Origin: Paramecium tetraurelia
Lineage: Eukaryota
Length of the DNA: 64,000 nt
Direction of reading: 5' to 3'
Assembly (NCBI GenBank): GCA_000165425.1
Contig: CT868652.1
Location: 310,001-374,000 of the forward strand
The stretch's first letter is position 1, and each line of letters starts with the position of its first letter. The translations under genes and the position numbers were made by a program. The notes beneath the pieces are model-generated. The model saw nothing but the letters and a program-made list of their open reading frames with translations. It searched no databases and was not told the DNA's origin. Below are positions 60,066-64,000 of this stretch, piece after piece.

Positions 60066-62111
60066 ATGAATTAAAACAATACAATAAATATTAGAGCAAT
60101 TAGAAATAAGAAATCAATTAAAAAGGACTTGTCATTATAACCAAAGAACATACATGATCAATACTATTAAGAATCTGATGATAGTGAAGATGAAAAGGTA
60201 TTATTACTCAATTCATAAATAGATATTATCTAAAATTGGAAGATTGCAAACAAAGAAATACAAAGATAAAGATTTTATTGGTTATGATGAGAATCTAAAC
60301 AAAATTCAGAAAAAAAAATAGTTTCAAGATACCATTGATGAATTCATTAATAAGACTGAAAACAAAGATTGGTGGAGAGTAGTCAGAGATGAGTTAAACA
60401 ACCAAGATGTAGTATTAAGTGATAAGCAATTGTAATTGTTAGACAGAATTAGAACAGGCAAAACTGCAATCAAATTATCAGATGATGTAAATACCATATT
60501 ATATATCAACGTAGTATTATTTTGAACATGAAGATTTCAATCAATTTGATCTCCTTTCTTCATACAATCCAAAACGTAGGTTCCTGCCATCTAAATGGGA
60601 GAGAATTAAAATTAATAAATTAGTTTAAGGCATTAAATTAGGGAGAATAGTTTTGAATCCACCTTAAAAAGTGGAGAAGATGTTTGACATCTGGGAAAAT
60701 GTAGCTGAAGATCAAGTGTTAAGCAAATATTTACCAGCCAGAATACCAGCTTCTAAGGCTTAATTACCATCAAATGTTGCTAGTTATAATCCTCCAGAAG
60801 AATACCTATTTACTGAATAAGAAAAGTAATAATGGTTGTAAACTGATCCAGAAGACAGAGAAATACCATTTATTCCATAAAAGTTTAAGCATCTACGAAA
60901 TGTCCCTTCATCAGAATAATTAGCAAAGGATTTATTCAATCGATGCTTGGATTTATATTTGGCACCTAGAATTAGAAGAAAGAAATTGATGATGAAATCT
61001 ACAGATTTTCTACCAGAAATTCCAAAACCAGAAGAATTGAAACCTTTTCCAACTAAATTAAATTTCGAATTCGGTTAGATTGATACAACAAAATCAGGCT
61101 AAGTTAAACAAATCTCTATATCACAAGATGGCTAACTCTTAGGAGTTTGTTATGAATTTGCTATTGCATTCTTTGATACCAAGACATCTAAATGTTTATA
61201 TACTAAATGGTAATCAGATGATAAACAATTTTTGGGATTAGATTTCAGTTCATCTGGATTAATTTGTATTCTATAATCAAATGGATTCATCATCTTAAAT
61301 TCATATATTGATAAAAGATAACATCCAAATGTTGAAGATGGTGAAAAGGCAAATAAATAAATTCCTAAAAATTCAAACAATGTCTTCGAGTGGAATTTTG
61401 AGTTGGATGATAATGTGTTTCAACAATTGCTTGAAGTGAAAATGCCTTATGATCCCTTGTATGCTCAATTTCATAGTAAATCTGATTATATTGTGAGTAC
61501 ATAGCCTCATACTCATGTGAAATCTCATTGCATTTTAGTTCATTCCATCAGTAAGTCATCAACATCTATTCCCTTTTAAAATATGAAAGCTTCCACTGAA
61601 GTACAATAAACTATCTTCCACCCGACCAAACCAGAATTATACATTATGACTAATAAAAACATTTTTATTTATTCATTAACCAAATAGTAATTAATGAAAA
61701 AACTACTAGCAGGTAATTAATAAAACTCAACAATTGCAATTCATCCATATGGAGATAATTTAATCGTAGGATCAAATGATCAGAAAGTGTGTTGGTTTGA
61801 TTTAGATATGGGAAAAACACCTTTTAAGAAAATGAGTTATCATAAAAATGGAGTTAGGCGTGTTATTTTCCATAAGACTTATCCTTTGTTTGCTTCTTGT
61901 TCTGATGATGGTATAAATGTATCTAATTAAAGGAACTATCAATATTTTCCATTGCCGTATTAGTACTGACTTGAATTAGGCTCCAGTAATTCTCCCCTTG
62001 AAAGTGTTGAAATAAAAGAAAAAGGAATCAGTGATGGATGTTGCATTTCATCCAACTTAGCCATGGATCTATTCGGCAAGTAAAGAAGGAGTAGTAAGTC
62101 TATGGACTTGA
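60066..62111 (+). CDS. BOP1: ribosome biogenesis protein BOP1/Erb1 (PeBoW complex)
   Basis: [42 protein letters not shown]40 repeats ending FHPTQPWIYSA. Confidence 0.93.
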
Positions 62112-62566
62112 TGTATATAAATAATTATAATAAATCTATTAATACGTGTTTATTCTTATTTGAATTAAATAATGCAAATGTGTCTAATTTTCTTCTTTAC
62201 TAACGTTTAATATTCATTAATATAATAAATATTGTATCATATACATTAGTCATTTTAATTAAATTATATAAAATGTAACTTAGATTCTGCGATAAATAAA
62301 TAAAAATTATGTATTTAAATAACAAATAGTGACAGATTATCTAATATTCATTAAAAATAGTCAATAGATTTATAATCAGATAAATTAGGATTTACAAAAT
62401 TTATTTATTGTATCTTGATAGATTTCAAAGTTGTTATGTTTAACATTTATTTCATATCTCTTGGTTCCTTCTTGCCTTAAGTTGATGATTGATAATTCAA
62501 ATTAAAATAAGTTACATTAGCTAAGTATTGAATATTAAGGTAAATAATTAAAAATTAATATAAAAA

Positions 62567-64000
62567 ATGATAAAGAGAAATGAAAAATTAAAGAAATAAA
62601 TAGCCCCTTCTAGGAATTAAAATAATAAAGCATGTTTAAAACCTTAAGTCTTTTAATTTCCACAGTTAATGAATAAAACTACTACATTTACAGAAGCAAT
62701 CAGATTTTAAGGATAAATTCAATAACCATTTACACCTGATGTCATGATTAGATAATCCATAAACAAACCAAGAATGATTGAATAACCAAAATTCAAAAAC
62801 AATTATGGAATTTAACGCTTTTCAGCAAAAATTGTTTCAAAGCAATAAAATGTTAAGGAACCAGTCATCATAAAAATAACTACAAATAAAAATCATAATG
62901 TTCTTCAATAATTAGAAGAATAGAGTGAATATTAATTAAGTGAATTAGGGACATTCGATGATTTGATTCAGCAAATTTAAGAACGAGTATTGGCTAAAAA
63001 TTCAAACATTTTATAATTGGCATAAGACCTTTGTTCTATAGAAACAATTGATTTGAGAGGTTTCTAATGTATTCCTTAATTGATAAAACACCTTGTGATT
63101 TCATCAGTTTAATAGCAACTTCACATTTCATAAATCCTATCTATATTATTTACATTATGTGAGGAAATAATGACTAGAGATGATCTTGATGAGTCTTTAT
63201 TGGAAATTATTAAAGTGTATCTGCAAAAAGGTTACGAATCTAATCTTCAAATGATAGTCATATTCATAAAACGTTGTGGCTAGATGATATATTACATCAG
63301 AAGCAACAAATAGAAAGTGTTTAGTGAACTTATCCTAACTTTGTTACTTAAATTCAATAGTACGAGTTCATTTGAGGAATCTCAATTGTAATTGTCATTT
63401 AATATAATACTGAGACACAAATAATTGAGATTGTATATAAAGGATAATTAAGATATTTATAAATTGAAACAACTTTCATTAGTAGATTAATTATAGAGAT
63501 TTAAAATTAAAATTAATTGATAAAATGCACTTATATTTATATGTATTATTATCTTAAAATAAATGCTTATGATCATAAATTGTAATCTATAAATCAAATA
63601 AAAATGCAAAACCAAGACAGAAACATGTAAAAGAGAAATATTGGATATACAGAAATGACTTTCTTCTCTTCATTCATCATACTGCTCATAAAAGACAGTG
63701 AAGCTATTTATAGTTTAAATAAACTCACAAAATGTTGACCAGAGAAATGCAGCACCAACAATTATTAATCTTAAGAAGAATCCCAAATATGATTAAAGGA
63801 AAGTTATCAAAACAGCAGCCACATTTATTGGAAATACACAATAACCAAGCACACAAACACTCTAAAAAAATGAAACCTATCCACCCAACAACTTTGCATT
63901 TACTCTAAATTCAAACTTAAATTTTAAACATACGTTATCACTGCAGACCCTCCCCACATAATTATGAAGATTGTCCCAAAGATAGTATCAGCTAAATATT
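62567..64000 (+). CDS. hypothetical protein, 3' truncated by the window
   Basis: Code-6 frame from MIKRNEKLKKQIAPS... with a helical-repeat-like middle; no terminal TGA seen before the window end. Confidence 0.65.

Overview
AT-rich, gene-dense eukaryotic DNA from a ciliate macronuclear genome, most likely Paramecium (aurelia group). Genes read through TAA/TAG as Gln, stop only at TGA and carry ~21-30 nt GT..AG introns, so the supplied standard-code ORF track shows only fragments. Hand translation with genetic code 6 gives about 28 protein genes. Recognisable ones are TVP23, a TFIIA large-subunit-like protein, DHX15/Prp43, a GPI-type Cys-rich surface protein, a pseudokinase, PEP mutase, TMEM258/OST5, CSE1, GGNBP2-like, HSPA12-like, kinesin-13, SNF5, a NACHT-like protein, a cathepsin L lacking its catalytic Cys, an 11-kb fibrocystin-L-like gene, a Myb factor, CaMKK, a CAMK-group kinase and BOP1/Erb1. 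Highlights: (1) SNF5 has an N-terminal Cro/XRE-type helix-turn-helix and lies head-to-head with kinesin-13, with the two ATGs 6 bp apart in a perfect 12-bp palindrome; (2) a frameshifted, propeptide-only cathepsin relic and the dead cathepsin flank the fibrocystin-like gene; (3) PEP mutase has a probable mitochondrial presequence; (4) there are several pseudoenzymes. All family assignments come from motif recognition by eye, with no database search. Gene ends were read by hand and may be off by a few bases.
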